Of a stretch of 64,000 nt of DNA, positions 10,089 to 20,507 are shown one piece after another (position 1 is the stretch's first letter; each line of letters begins with the position of its first letter). The notes under the pieces were generated by a model. It searched no databases. It worked only from the letters and a program-made list of their open reading frames with translations, and was not told where the DNA came from. This DNA is from a virus. Where the stretch lies: IMG/VR virus record IMGVR_UViG_3300035228_001133, positions 14,402 to 78,401 of that record; one strand, 5' to 3'. Position numbers and translations under genes: made by a program.

Positions 10089-11684
10089 ATGCCTGCCATT
10101 ATATCTGAACAGTTTAGAATCCTAAACGCCGAAACCTTTGTAAAGAGTTTCGTTGGCGTTGGGTCTACCGTAAACAAATATTATGCCTTCATTGGATTGC
10201 CCAATGCTTTTGAAGAAGAGGCTGGTGGAACAAGTGATTGGTCTACCAATACTCCTTCTCCATTGGATGGGTTCCTTGAAGAAAATCAAATCAAGGAATC
10301 TATCATTGCAATGAAGAAAATTACGGATAGAGATGTCCGTAGATTGGTTCGCAAAGTCGAATGGATTGCTGGTACAACCTATGAAATGTATAGACATGAC
10401 TATACAATTTACAATACTACCCCAATTACAAAACAGGGTAATTTATATGAATCGAACTATTATGTTGTTAACGAAGATCTAAAGGTATACATTTGCCTTC
10501 AAAATGGATCTGACCCAGAAAACCCAAGTGGTAGACCATCATATGATCAACCAACTTTTATTGATTTAGAATCAAGAGCTGCAGGTACTTCTGGTGACGG
10601 TTATGTTTGGAAATATCTGTATACCATAAAACCATCCGAAATTGTAAAGTTTGATAGTATTCAATATATTCCAGTTCCCGAAGAATGGGGATCTACAGGC
10701 GAATCTGTAGCTACTAAAAATAACGCTATTGACGGAAAGATTGAAGTCGTAGTTATCGATACTAGAGGATCTAATTACCAACCAATTTCTACATCATTCT
10801 CCAATGTTGATATTTTGGGTGATGGTATTGGTGCTAAGGCAACAGTAACTATTGACTCTTTTGGTAAAGTATCTGAGGTATTTGTTACTGATGGGGGATC
10901 TGGATATACTCATGGATCCATTAAATTCTTCCCAGGAGCTCCTGGAAGTGAAGAAGGTGGACCACTAGAAAACCTTACTAATACAGGTATTGGAGAAACT
11001 TCTCTTGGTAATTTTAGTGTAATTATTCCCCCAAAAGGTGGGCATGGATATGATGTTTACCGAGAACTAGGTGCTTATAGGGCACTTTTATATTCTAGAT
11101 TTGAAACTATTGAGACTAACCCAGATATTATTGAAGGTAATGATTTTGCCAGAGTCGGTGTTATAAAGAACCCAACTATTTTTGGTAGTGACACAGAACT
11201 TTTAGAAACTTCTCAGGTCAGTGGACTAAAAGGGATTAAGCTGGGTGGAATTACCACAGCAACAACATATGCAGTTGATTCAGAAATTACTCAGTCAGTT
11301 GGTGTTGGGTCTACTGCTATCGGATACGTTGCATCTTGGGATAATATTAGTGGAGTTCTGAAATATTACCAACCAATGGGTCTTGCTTCCAGTGAAACTG
11401 GTTATAAGATTATTCCGTTTACTTCTACTCCCGATGCAGGATTTGGATTAACAATTACTGGTGAGGTTGTTACGGGCCCGCTTCTATCAGTAAATACTGA
11501 TTTCAATGGTGTAAGTACCTCAATAAATAATAGGACATACCAACTTGGTCTTAACTTTGTTGCTGGTATTGCATCTGCTGAATACAACACTAAGTCTGGC
11601 GAAATTATCTATATTGATAATAGACCGCCTATTCCTAGATCTGCAAGTCAGAAAGAAGACATCAAGATTGTTCTGGAGTTCTAA
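10089..11684 (+). CDS. gp8: Baseplate wedge subunit gp8
   Basis: MPAIISEQFRILNA start, YEMYRHDY, VYICLQNG, GDGYVWKYLYTI and C-terminal SGEIIYIDNR...QKEDIKIVLEF are characteristic of cyanophage gp8. Confidence 0.9.
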   Translation: MPAIISEQFRILNAETFVKSFVGVGSTVNKYYAFIGLPNAFEEEAGGTSDWSTNTPSPLDGFLEENQIKESIIAMKKITDRDVRRLVRKVEWIAGTTYEMYRHDYTIYNTTPITKQGNLYESNYYVVNEDLKVYICLQNGSDPENPSGRPSYDQPTFIDLESRAAGTSGDGYVWKYLYTIKPSEIVKFDSIQYIPVPEEWGSTGESVATKNNAIDGKIEVVVIDTRGSNYQPISTSFSNVDILGDGIGAKATVTIDSFGKVSEVFVTDGGSGYTHGSIKFFPGAPGSEEGGPLENLTNTGIGETSLGNFSVIIPPKGGHGYDVYRELGAYRALLYSRFETIETNPDIIEGNDFARVGVIKNPTIFGSDTELLETSQVSGLKGIKLGGITTATTYAVDSEITQSVGVGSTAIGYVASWDNISGVLKYYQPMGLASSETGYKIIPFTSTPDAGFGLTITGEVVTGPLLSVNTDFNGVSTSINNRTYQLGLNFVAGIASAEYNTKSGEIIYIDNRPPIPRSASQKEDIKIVLEF

Positions 11685-11690
11685 AGAAAA

Positions 11691-14600
11691 ATGCCACAGA
11701 ATACCAACTTAAATTCATCTCCATATTTTGATGACTTTAGTGCGTCTAATAATTATCAGAGGGTTCTGTTCAAGCCTGGACTCCCTATTCAATCCAGAGA
11801 ATTAACTACATTACAGTCAATTCTACAGAACCAAATTGAAAAGTTTGGTAAACATATGTTTAAGGAGGGATCTGTAGTTATCCCTGGACAACTTGCATAT
11901 GATGACGAGTATACTTCTGTTCAGATTGATGAGTCTCACTTGGGACTTCCAGTTTCTTTGTATTTGAATTCCTTAAAAGGAAAGAGAATCAAGGGAGAAA
12001 CTAGTGGCGTTAAAGCGAAGATTGAAGATTACATCTCTAATTCTGAGTCGGTAAAAGGCAATTATACCTTATACATCAAATATGAAGGTGCTAGCGAAAA
12101 CGACTTCTCGGGAACAACTTTTACCGATGGTGAAAATTTAATTGCTCAAGAAGATATTAGTTACAGCCTTTCTAGTATTAGAACTGGAACTAGTTTTGCT
12201 ACCGCAATTATCTCCAATTCTACTGCCGTAGGATCTGCTGCAAAACTTGCCAATGGTGTATATTTCATTCGTGGATTTTTTGTAGATGTACCCGATTCTG
12301 TTGTAATTCTTGATCAATATGATGATGCACCAAGTTATAGAATTGGTCTAAACATTTCCGAAGAACTTGTAACTGCTTCGGAAGAATATAACGATTTATA
12401 TGATAATGCTAGGGGATTTTCAAACTTTGCAGCTCCTGGTGCGGATCGACTAAAAATTTCTACAACTCTCATTAAAAAGTCTCTAACCGATTTTAATGAT
12501 GAAAATTTCATTGAATTGCTTAGGATCGAAAATGGAGATATTAGGAAGTTTAGTAATACCACTACATATGATCTTATCACGGATGAGTTAGCCAGAAGAA
12601 CATATGATGAGTCTGGAGATTATTATATCAATTCATTTGATGTCAATATTAAAGAAACACTTAATAATAGAATTGGTAATGATGGAGCGTATTACGACAA
12701 TCAAACTACCCAACAAGGAAATATTCCTACAGATGATATAGTATCACTCTCAATTGGACCTGGAAAGGCGTATATTCGCGGATTTGAAGTTGAGACTCTA
12801 AACACAACTACATTAGATATTCCCAAACCAAGAACAACTGAATCTGTTGATAATGAAGCTTTACCTTTTACTGTAGGTAGGATTATTGAAGTTAATAACG
12901 TTCATGGTTCCCCTGCAGTTGGTCTTGGAACAGAAGGACTCCTAAATCTGTATGCATCTAGAACTGCAACTCCAGGAACTGCCAGCGGACTTCATATTGG
13001 TGTTGCAAGACTCTATGATTTTAGATTGAGAGATGCTGCATACCAAAATGAAGGTACTACTTTTAGAACATCTTTATATGACGTTCAAACTTTTACATAT
13101 TTGGAATTGAATGCTGATTCATCTATTAATGTTCCTGCATTTATTGAGGGTCAGAATAGTGGTGCATCTGGATTTGTGTATTCGGCTTCATCAAATACTA
13201 CAGAACTTATTCTGTATCAGGTTAATGGAGAATTTCAACGAAATGAAGAAATTGTTCTAAATGGAACAACAATCAATAGAACTATTAAGGATTTTGACGA
13301 TTACGGTATTCAAGAAGTCCGTCAAATTACAAGCGCTGATGGAGTAGCATTTACTGCTGATACTAAACTGACTAATAGAATTAGGTTTGCAGAACCTGGA
13401 AGTGAATATACAATTACTGACGTATCTGCTGGTGTATCTACAATTACTTCCCCTAATGCTAATTTTAGTGCAGTATCTGGTATTTCTACTGGTGATGTAA
13501 TCGCATACAGTAAAGCAGCTACCTCAACACCTTCATATGCTGTTGTAGAGCAGATTGGCACTAACGCAAGAAGCATAATTGTTAAAGCATCAACTACAGT
13601 ATCCAATGTAAATGAAGGTGCTCTTCCAACTAGCGAAATTACGGTAAGTGACGTAAATAAAGTTACTTTGGAAATTCTTAATGGTGGAAATCAGTCCTTA
13701 TTTGCGGAACTTGCGGAACCAAATGTTTCTACAGTAAATCTCAATGATTCTGAGATTATCTTCAAGAAAACCTACTACATTGCAGTTTCTACTGGTGCAT
13801 TTAGTGCTACTTTGGAATCCGATTCAAATCTAACTTTAGAACCTTATGATTCGGAAGATTATAATGTATCATTTGATTCTAGTGGTACAACCGAATCTCT
13901 TTCTGATCAGAAATTGACAGTTTCTGGTAGGACTGTTACTCTCTCGCAATTGAGTGAAAGTGGTTCTGCTACTCTTACTGTAACATGGAAGAAAAAGAAT
14001 CCTAAAGCTAAGAACAAAGTATTCAGTAGAGCTAATACTATTCAGATTATTAATTCATCAACAAATACTTCTGGAGTAGGAAATTCTAGTGCAAATGATG
14101 GATTAACTTTCTCCAATATTTATGGAACTAGAGTTCAAGATAAGAAAATTTCCCTAGGAATTTGTGATGTAGCGAACGTTGTTGCTATTTTTGAATCATC
14201 TTCAAATAGTAATCCACAACTTCCAAAAATCATCTTAACAGATTTGAATGCAAGTGTTACTAATGCACTTAAGGGCGAATCTATAGTTGGTGAAACCTCT
14301 GGGGCATCTGCAATTTTTGTAGAAAGTAATGGAACAAATGAAACATCATTCATCTATGAAAATGAAAATATATTTCAAAGTGGAGAAACTGTAATTTTCC
14401 AAGACTCCAATATTACTGCTAATGTGCAATCTTTTGTTTCTGGAGACCGAGATATTAAGGATAACTTTGAATTTGATCCTGGGCAAAATGAAGATTATCT
14501 AGATTTTTCTTCTATTGTTAGATTAAATTCTGCAAATGCTCCAACTAAAAGATTGACAATCGTCTATGATAGTTTTGTTATTGAAAATTCCGATCCTGGA

Positions 14601-17600
14601 GATCTTGTTTCGGTAGATTCTTATGATGCCACTCTTTATGGTAATACTCTTCCATATATTGGGAGTATTCCAGTCTCAGACATAATTGATTTGAGACCTA
14701 GAGCTGTTTCTGTTGCATCTACAGTATCTCCTTTTGAATATAAGTCTAGGGAATTTAATCCACTCACATCATCCACAACTCATGTATTTTCCAGTAATAA
14801 GAATCTCAACTTGAGTTATGATTATTATTTGGGTAGAATTGATAAAATTTTCTTAACAAAAGATGGAGTTTTTAATAGAGCAGAAGGAGTTCCTTCATAT
14901 AATCCACAAGTACCAAATAAGGTGGATAATGCGCTAGAGATTGCTACTATTGAGATGCCTCCATATCTCTATAACCTTAATGATATTACAGTTCAAATTG
15001 CTACTCATAAGCGATATCAAATGGTAGATATTGCCAATATTGAGACCAGACTTACTAATGTAGAGTACTATACGAGTCTTTCTCTCCTAGAGACGGAAAC
15101 TTCTAGTTTGTCTATTAAAGATCCAACTACAAATCTTGATAAGTTTAAATCTGGATTTTTTGTTGATAACTTTAGATCCAAAATAGGTGGTGGAGCCATC
15201 GAGGATTCTCAATATAGATGCAGTATTGATACTGCAGAAGGAGAAGCAAGACCAGAACACTATACGACATCGATAGATCTTTTATTGGGATCTGAAGCTG
15301 TTATTGCTGCATCTAGTGGAACGGCAACTCCAGATGCAGACTATAGATTCGTAAGTGATCTTGGAGATGCAAATGTTGTCAAGAAAGGTGATATTGTAAC
15401 TCTTAGTTATACCGACTCTGAGTGGCTTAAGAATAAGTTTGCTACTAGAATTGAAAATGTAAACCCATTCCATGTTGTGAACTGGATTGGAGTTTTGGAA
15501 TTGAATCCAGCAACAGATACTTGGATTGATACTAGGAAAATTCCTAGTATGACCGTAGATATGGAAGGTAGTTACAATGCCATCCAAGGAATGGTTGGTG
15601 GGACAGATAGTAATACTGGACTATCTCCCGTTCAGTGGGGTTCTTGGGAAACTACTTGGACAGGAAAAACTAGGACGAAAGGTCCTGTTATCCTGAAGGA
15701 GAAAAAGAGAGTCAAAGGCTCTATGACGAAGAAAAAAAGAAGAGGACGTTTTAGACCTGGAAAAGGTATTAAAGTAACCACGATTAAGAAATGGAAACAG
15801 AAGATTACCAAGATTCGGGAAGTAACTACTACCAAGACTGGAACTAAATCTAGAGCCGGTATACAGTATAAAGTAGACGAGACATTCGACTCCAAGAGTT
15901 TGGGGGATAGAGTGGTATCCAGCGATGTTGCTGCTGTGATGAGATCTCGAAATATTGAGTTTGTTTGTAAAAGACTGAAACCCAACACTAGACTTTATGC
16001 ATTCTTCGATAATATCGATATGAATGCCTTTATTGTTCCAAAACTCATTGAAATTGAAATGGAAAGTGGGACTTTTGCCGTTGGGGAAACTGTCGTTGGT
16101 AATGGGACTAACTCTACAAATAAGAGTATTAGGTTTAGATTGGCTCAACAAAATCATAAGTATGGTGCTTATAATTCTCCAAGTCAGACTTATGAAAACA
16201 ACCCATACAACGTAGCAAATAGTATTTCTGGATCATATTCTTCAACTACAGGATTACTTAATGTAGATACTGCGGCTCTTGAAATTCAATCTGTATCTGG
16301 ATTCTTTGGATGTCTAGGTAAAGGTATGAAATTAATTGGTCAGTCTAGTGGTGCTATTGCAAAAGTTAAAGATATTAGACTTGTCACTGACAAAGCTGGT
16401 GTTGTTATTGGATCCTTGTTTATACCTGATCCAACTCTACCATCAAACACTCCGTTCGCTACTGGTAGAAAGACCTTTACACTAACATCTAGTTCAAGTA
16501 ACCAGACTATTTCTGGATTTACTGATAGTTCTGCAGAGACAACATTCATGTCTACTGGAACAATTAATAATACACAGGAAACTACTCTACGAATTCGTAA
16601 TGCTAATGTTGAAAGGGTTCCCACATCAGAATCTAAAGCTGTAAGCAAAAGCACAACTAGATTAAAATCAACAGTTAAATTCAAAAATAGAAAGAAAAAA
16701 CAAACAAGATGGGTTGACCCACTTGCACAGTCGTTTGAAGTTCCAGATGAAAACGGAGTTTTTCTCACTAAGTGTGAGATTTACTTTAGATCAAAGGACG
16801 CTTCTGCACTACCCGTAACACTACAGGTCAGAGATCTTGAACTAGGTTTACCTACACAATCAATCTTACCTTTTGCTGAAGTTGTTCTAGACCCATCTGA
16901 GGTTGTTACTTCTGATGATGGTAGCAAACCAACAACATTTACTTTCGATTCTCCTGTATATTGCCAAGGTGGAAGTCAATTTGCTTTGGTTCTTCTTTCT
17001 GCATCCAATGAATATACGGTATTCATCTCAAGGATGGGTGAAGAAGATGTATCCACAATTAACAGTGCAGATTCTGAAAAGATTATTGTTTCTCAACAAC
17101 CACTTCTTGGATCACTGTTTAAGTCACAAAATGGTGCTACATGGGATCCAAGTCAGTTTGAAGATCTTAAATTCAATCTTTACCAGGCTAAATTCAATTC
17201 CACTAGTGGTACAGTTAAATTCTATAATCCTGATCTAGACATTGGCAACAAACAGATTGTCACATTGAGTAATAACCCGCTTAGTATGTTGGGTAAAAAT
17301 ACTATTATTGGTCTTGGTAAGAGTTTGACTTCTAATGAAGTTAATGGTCTTCTTTCTGGTACAACTATTGGTCAAGAAAACAATGCAAACTTCTCTGCAA
17401 ACCTTGTCACGGTTCTTGGTGCTGTTGGTATTGGAAGTGTTCTAGATCTAACATCTGCGGGTGGTGGATTTGCAAATGGAACTCCGACATATACTGATGT
17501 TCCTCTAATCAGTCTAACTGGAAGTGGATCTGGCGCAAAAGCAACCCTTGTTATTGCATCTAATGCAGTAACTTCCGCTACTGTTTCTGCTGGTGGTACT

Positions 17601-19223
17601 GGATATGCTGTTGGTGATGTATTATCAGTAAATCCATCTAATACTGGTGGATTTGGTGCTAATTTGAGACTTTCGATTCAAAATGAAGTGGGCATTATTA
17701 GTGCCTTCAATACACTAATTGTTGACAGAGTTCAAGGTGTTCCAAGTGTTGATGCATCCTCTGCGGTTGTTTTTACAACAGGTGCTGGGTCTACATCAAC
17801 TCTTTCTGCAACTTCTATCCAGTATGTTGAAAATGTAAGTGACGGGTTGTCATTCAGGGTTAATCACAGTAGTCACGGAATGTATAGTCCATTGGATATG
17901 GTTACACTTTCAAATATTGAAACTGATGTGAAACCAGAGAAACTCACTGCCAAGTACGATTCTGCTTCAACTGATAATCTCTCAGTAACTAATGTAGGAG
18001 TTTATACTAGTTTTGAGAATGTTTCTGTTGACTCAAATAATCCTGGATATTTGAAATTGGGTGATGAGATTATCAAATATACGGGTGTTACTACAACCAC
18101 AAGTGCAGTTACTGGTGTTACTAGAGCTATCGATGATACTACTGCTGGAAATTATTCTGTAGATGATCTACTCTTCAAGTATGAACTTAATGGTATTTCA
18201 TTAAGGAGAATCAATACTTTACATAGTCTTGGTCAGGTAAACTTAACTAAGTATCCCATTGACGTTGATTCTTATTGGTTGAAAGTTGGTATCTCAAGTA
18301 GGGGTGTTGATAGAAGTCCTGGAAATGCTACTGGATTGCCAGAACTATTTTGGAATCAAACTAAATCTGCTGGATCTTACCTTGCTCAAGGTACTAATAC
18401 TGGTTCTGGTAATGTTCCAAGAGCTACCCAGAACATTGCATTTAATATAATGCGACCAAACTTCACTATCATGCAACCAGATGGAACCAGTGTTTCTGCA
18501 TCTTGTAGGACATTTAGTGGAGATAGTCCAGATGGAAACATGGGAGCATATATCGATCAAGGATTTGAAACTATTTCCTTGGAAGGTGACAATGAATTTA
18601 CTACACCTAGAATTGTCGCATCTAAGGTAAATGAATTGACTAGATTGGAGAATTATCCTGGAAGAAAATCGTTTGCAATAGAAATTACTCTTAACACGGA
18701 AGACGAGTCCGTTGCTCCACAAATTGATTTGGATAGAGTAAGTGCTATTTTAGTTATGAATAGACTTAATAGTAAAGTCACTAATTATGCTACTGACAGA
18801 CGAGTAAATTCTATTGATAATGATCCAAATGCTGCAATTTACTTGACTGAAGTTATTAACTTGGATAAGGCTGCGGATGGACTGAAAGTCATGTTTGATG
18901 CATATAGACATCAAACAAATGATATTAGAGTTCTCTATAGATCATTCCGTGTTGACGCACCACAAGGAGATCAACTATTCCAGTTGTTCCCTGGATATAA
19001 TAATCTAGATCTTGCTGGTGGGATTATCGATCCTACCAAAAGTGATGGGTTACCCGACAAGTTCGTTCCCCCATCTGATGGATATGAAGATTTTAATCCA
19101 TATGAATTTAATATCGCAAATATCCCACAGTTTAGTGCATTCCAAATTAAAATTTGTATGTCTGGAACCAACTTTGCTTATGTTCCAAGATTGAAAGATC
19201 TACGAGTTATTGCTACGATTTAA
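11691..19223 (+). CDS. Large virion structural protein (VrlC-like / DUF4815-type, 2510 aa)
   Basis: MPQNTNLNSSPYFDDF...VLFKPG..IQSRELTTLQSILQNQ, APGADRLKI, ARRTYDESGDY, KSGFFVDNF, DPLAQSF, GSLFKSQN; follows gp8 as in cyanomyoviruses. Confidence 0.85.
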   Translation: MPQNTNLNSSPYFDDFSASNNYQRVLFKPGLPIQSRELTTLQSILQNQIEKFGKHMFKEGSVVIPGQLAYDDEYTSVQIDESHLGLPVSLYLNSLKGKRIKGETSGVKAKIEDYISNSESVKGNYTLYIKYEGASENDFSGTTFTDGENLIAQEDISYSLSSIRTGTSFATAIISNSTAVGSAAKLANGVYFIRGFFVDVPDSVVILDQYDDAPSYRIGLNISEELVTASEEYNDLYDNARGFSNFAAPGADRLKISTTLIKKSLTDFNDENFIELLRIENGDIRKFSNTTTYDLITDELARRTYDESGDYYINSFDVNIKETLNNRIGNDGAYYDNQTTQQGNIPTDDIVSLSIGPGKAYIRGFEVETLNTTTLDIPKPRTTESVDNEALPFTVGRIIEVNNVHGSPAVGLGTEGLLNLYASRTATPGTASGLHIGVARLYDFRLRDAAYQNEGTTFRTSLYDVQTFTYLELNADSSINVPAFIEGQNSGASGFVYSASSNTTELILYQVNGEFQRNEEIVLNGTTINRTIKDFDDYGIQEVRQITSADGVAFTADTKLTNRIRFAEPGSEYTITDVSAGVSTITSPNANFSAVSGISTGDVIAYSKAATSTPSYAVVEQIGTNARSIIVKASTTVSNVNEGALPTSEITVSDVNKVTLEILNGGNQSLFAELAEPNVSTVNLNDSEIIFKKTYYIAVSTGAFSATLESDSNLTLEPYDSEDYNVSFDSSGTTESLSDQKLTVSGRTVTLSQLSESGSATLTVTWKKKNPKAKNKVFSRANTIQIINSSTNTSGVGNSSANDGLTFSNIYGTRVQDKKISLGICDVANVVAIFESSSNSNPQLPKIILTDLNASVTNALKGESIVGETSGASAIFVESNGTNETSFIYENENIFQSGETVIFQDSNITANVQSFVSGDRDIKDNFEFDPGQNEDYLDFSSIVRLNSANAPTKRLTIVYDSFVIENSDPGDLVSVDSYDATLYGNTLPYIGSIPVSDIIDLRPRAVSVASTVSPFEYKSREFNPLTSSTTHVFSSNKNLNLSYDYYLGRIDKIFLTKDGVFNRAEGVPSYNPQVPNKVDNALEIATIEMPPYLYNLNDITVQIATHKRYQMVDIANIETRLTNVEYYTSLSLLETETSSLSIKDPTTNLDKFKSGFFVDNFRSKIGGGAIEDSQYRCSIDTAEGEARPEHYTTSIDLLLGSEAVIAASSGTATPDADYRFVSDLGDANVVKKGDIVTLSYTDSEWLKNKFATRIENVNPFHVVNWIGVLELNPATDTWIDTRKIPSMTVDMEGSYNAIQGMVGGTDSNTGLSPVQWGSWETTWTGKTRTKGPVILKEKKRVKGSMTKKKRRGRFRPGKGIKVTTIKKWKQKITKIREVTTTKTGTKSRAGIQYKVDETFDSKSLGDRVVSSDVAAVMRSRNIEFVCKRLKPNTRLYAFFDNIDMNAFIVPKLIEIEMESGTFAVGETVVGNGTNSTNKSIRFRLAQQNHKYGAYNSPSQTYENNPYNVANSISGSYSSTTGLLNVDTAALEIQSVSGFFGCLGKGMKLIGQSSGAIAKVKDIRLVTDKAGVVIGSLFIPDPTLPSNTPFATGRKTFTLTSSSSNQTISGFTDSSAETTFMSTGTINNTQETTLRIRNANVERVPTSESKAVSKSTTRLKSTVKFKNRKKKQTRWVDPLAQSFEVPDENGVFLTKCEIYFRSKDASALPVTLQVRDLELGLPTQSILPFAEVVLDPSEVVTSDDGSKPTTFTFDSPVYCQGGSQFALVLLSASNEYTVFISRMGEEDVSTINSADSEKIIVSQQPLLGSLFKSQNGATWDPSQFEDLKFNLYQAKFNSTSGTVKFYNPDLDIGNKQIVTLSNNPLSMLGKNTIIGLGKSLTSNEVNGLLSGTTIGQENNANFSANLVTVLGAVGIGSVLDLTSAGGGFANGTPTYTDVPLISLTGSGSGAKATLVIASNAVTSATVSAGGTGYAVGDVLSVNPSNTGGFGANLRLSIQNEVGIISAFNTLIVDRVQGVPSVDASSAVVFTTGAGSTSTLSATSIQYVENVSDGLSFRVNHSSHGMYSPLDMVTLSNIETDVKPEKLTAKYDSASTDNLSVTNVGVYTSFENVSVDSNNPGYLKLGDEIIKYTGVTTTTSAVTGVTRAIDDTTAGNYSVDDLLFKYELNGISLRRINTLHSLGQVNLTKYPIDVDSYWLKVGISSRGVDRSPGNATGLPELFWNQTKSAGSYLAQGTNTGSGNVPRATQNIAFNIMRPNFTIMQPDGTSVSASCRTFSGDSPDGNMGAYIDQGFETISLEGDNEFTTPRIVASKVNELTRLENYPGRKSFAIEITLNTEDESVAPQIDLDRVSAILVMNRLNSKVTNYATDRRVNSIDNDPNAAIYLTEVINLDKAADGLKVMFDAYRHQTNDIRVLYRSFRVDAPQGDQLFQLFPGYNNLDLAGGIIDPTKSDGLPDKFVPPSDGYEDFNPYEFNIANIPQFSAFQIKICMSGTNFAYVPRLKDLRVIATI

Positions 19224-19432
19224 TGGATAAAAGAAAAGTTGAAAGTAGTCATTCTCTCTATAGAGATATGGACACTGGAGCAGTGATAAATTGCAATGAT
19301 GGTGCATATGAATCGTATATTAAACAAAAGAAAATTGCGGTTCAGAAATCATTGGAAATTGATGAATTAAAGAATGATGTTAGTGAACTTAAGGTCATGA
19401 TGAAACTCCTTCTGGAAAAATTGGATAAATAA
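19223..19432 (+). CDS. Small conserved phage protein with C-terminal coiled coil (69 aa)
   Basis: ATG overlaps the upstream stop (TAATG). LYRDxxTGAVIN motif followed by heptads. The ORF-track start at 19154 is probably too early. Confidence 0.75.
   Translation: MDKRKVESSHSLYRDMDTGAVINCNDGAYESYIKQKKIAVQKSLEIDELKNDVSELKVMMKLLLEKLDK
19424..19431 (+). promoter_or_regulatory. Late promoter GATAAATA overlapping a stop codon
   Basis: 23 bp upstream of the ATG at 19455. Confidence 0.65.
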
Positions 19433-19454
19433 CTAAAATCTTCCTTTTTGTGTA

Positions 19455-19787
19455 ATGGCAGCTAGAAATGTCAATTTAGTTATTGAGCAAAACGTTGATT
19501 TTGAAGCAACCTTTACTATTAAGAATGCGAATAATTCGCCATTAAACTTGACTGGGTACTCTGCTCTAGCAAAGATTAGAAAACACCCAGATGCGACAAA
19601 ATACACGAATTTTGTTATTTCTTTCCCAAATAGAATCAATGGAGTCGTAAAAGTAGCCCTTGCGGTAACTTCCACTGGAACTTTGGAGGGAGGAAGATAC
19701 GTGTATGATCTGGTACTTATTTCCCCAAACAATTATAAGACTCGACCTATCGCAGGAAATGTTTTAGTGTTGCCTGGAGTATCATGA
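19455..19787 (+). CDS. Small virion structural protein (beta-sandwich type)
   Basis: NLVIEQxxDF...LNLTGY...KIRKH...GRYVYD...PGVS pattern common in myovirus tail regions. Confidence 0.75.
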   Translation: MAARNVNLVIEQNVDFEATFTIKNANNSPLNLTGYSALAKIRKHPDATKYTNFVISFPNRINGVVKVALAVTSTGTLEGGRYVYDLVLISPNNYKTRPIAGNVLVLPGVS

Positions 19788-20461
19788 CTGATTACTTAGT
19801 AAATTTAAATAGTCCTGGATCATATTCAGTTGGAGTTGACTACGAAATTCCATCGAAGTCAACTCAGAACACCAATTTAATCATTGATGACATTAATGGT
19901 CAGTTCAATGGTATTGGCGTTACTTTCGCATTAAGTAGTAGTGGCGATACATATAATCCATTAAATGACCAACAACTGATTGTTTGTAAAAACAATTTGG
20001 TTATGGAACCAGGAGAAGATTTCACCATTGCTGGTGATCAACTTATTTTCTCAGTTGCACCAGTTGTTGGTGATGATGTGTTCATCATTGCTCTTGCAAC
20101 TACTGCTGATCTAACAAGATCTGTTAATTTTGTTATTGACAGTGGATCTCAGGATATCTCCCCAGGAAGCAAAGGCAAAGTAACTGTAGATGTTTCTGGA
20201 ACGATCGAATCAATCAAAATATTGAGTGATCAAACAGGAGATATTGTTGTAGAAGTATCTAAATCTAACTTCCAAGATTTTCCCACATTTACGACAATCA
20301 CTGACAATCAACGAGTCCAACTACAATCTCAAAACAAGTACATTGATGATGTACTAAATAATTGGGATAGGACGATCGTTGCTGGTGATATATTAGATTT
20401 TTCGGTAGTCAGCTCAACAAACATGCGAAGGTTGCTGATCTCTTTAAAATTAAAATTATAA
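19784..20461 (+). CDS. Virion structural protein (225 aa)
   Basis: ATGA overlap with the upstream gene; shares the IIDDIxxxFNG module with the baseplate proteins. Confidence 0.75.
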   Translation: MTDYLVNLNSPGSYSVGVDYEIPSKSTQNTNLIIDDINGQFNGIGVTFALSSSGDTYNPLNDQQLIVCKNNLVMEPGEDFTIAGDQLIFSVAPVVGDDVFIIALATTADLTRSVNFVIDSGSQDISPGSKGKVTVDVSGTIESIKILSDQTGDIVVEVSKSNFQDFPTFTTITDNQRVQLQSQNKYIDDVLNNWDRTIVAGDILDFSVVSSTNMRRLLISLKLKL

Positions 20462-20464
20462 ATA
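20457..20464 (+). promoter_or_regulatory. Late promoter TATAAATA overlapping a stop codon
   Basis: Exact consensus, followed by a GAGGAG RBS before the ATG at 20508. Confidence 0.85.
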
Positions 20465-20507
20465 AGTATAGTTCTTAAAGTCTAACCCTTACGAGGAGTT
20501 GTTTTCG

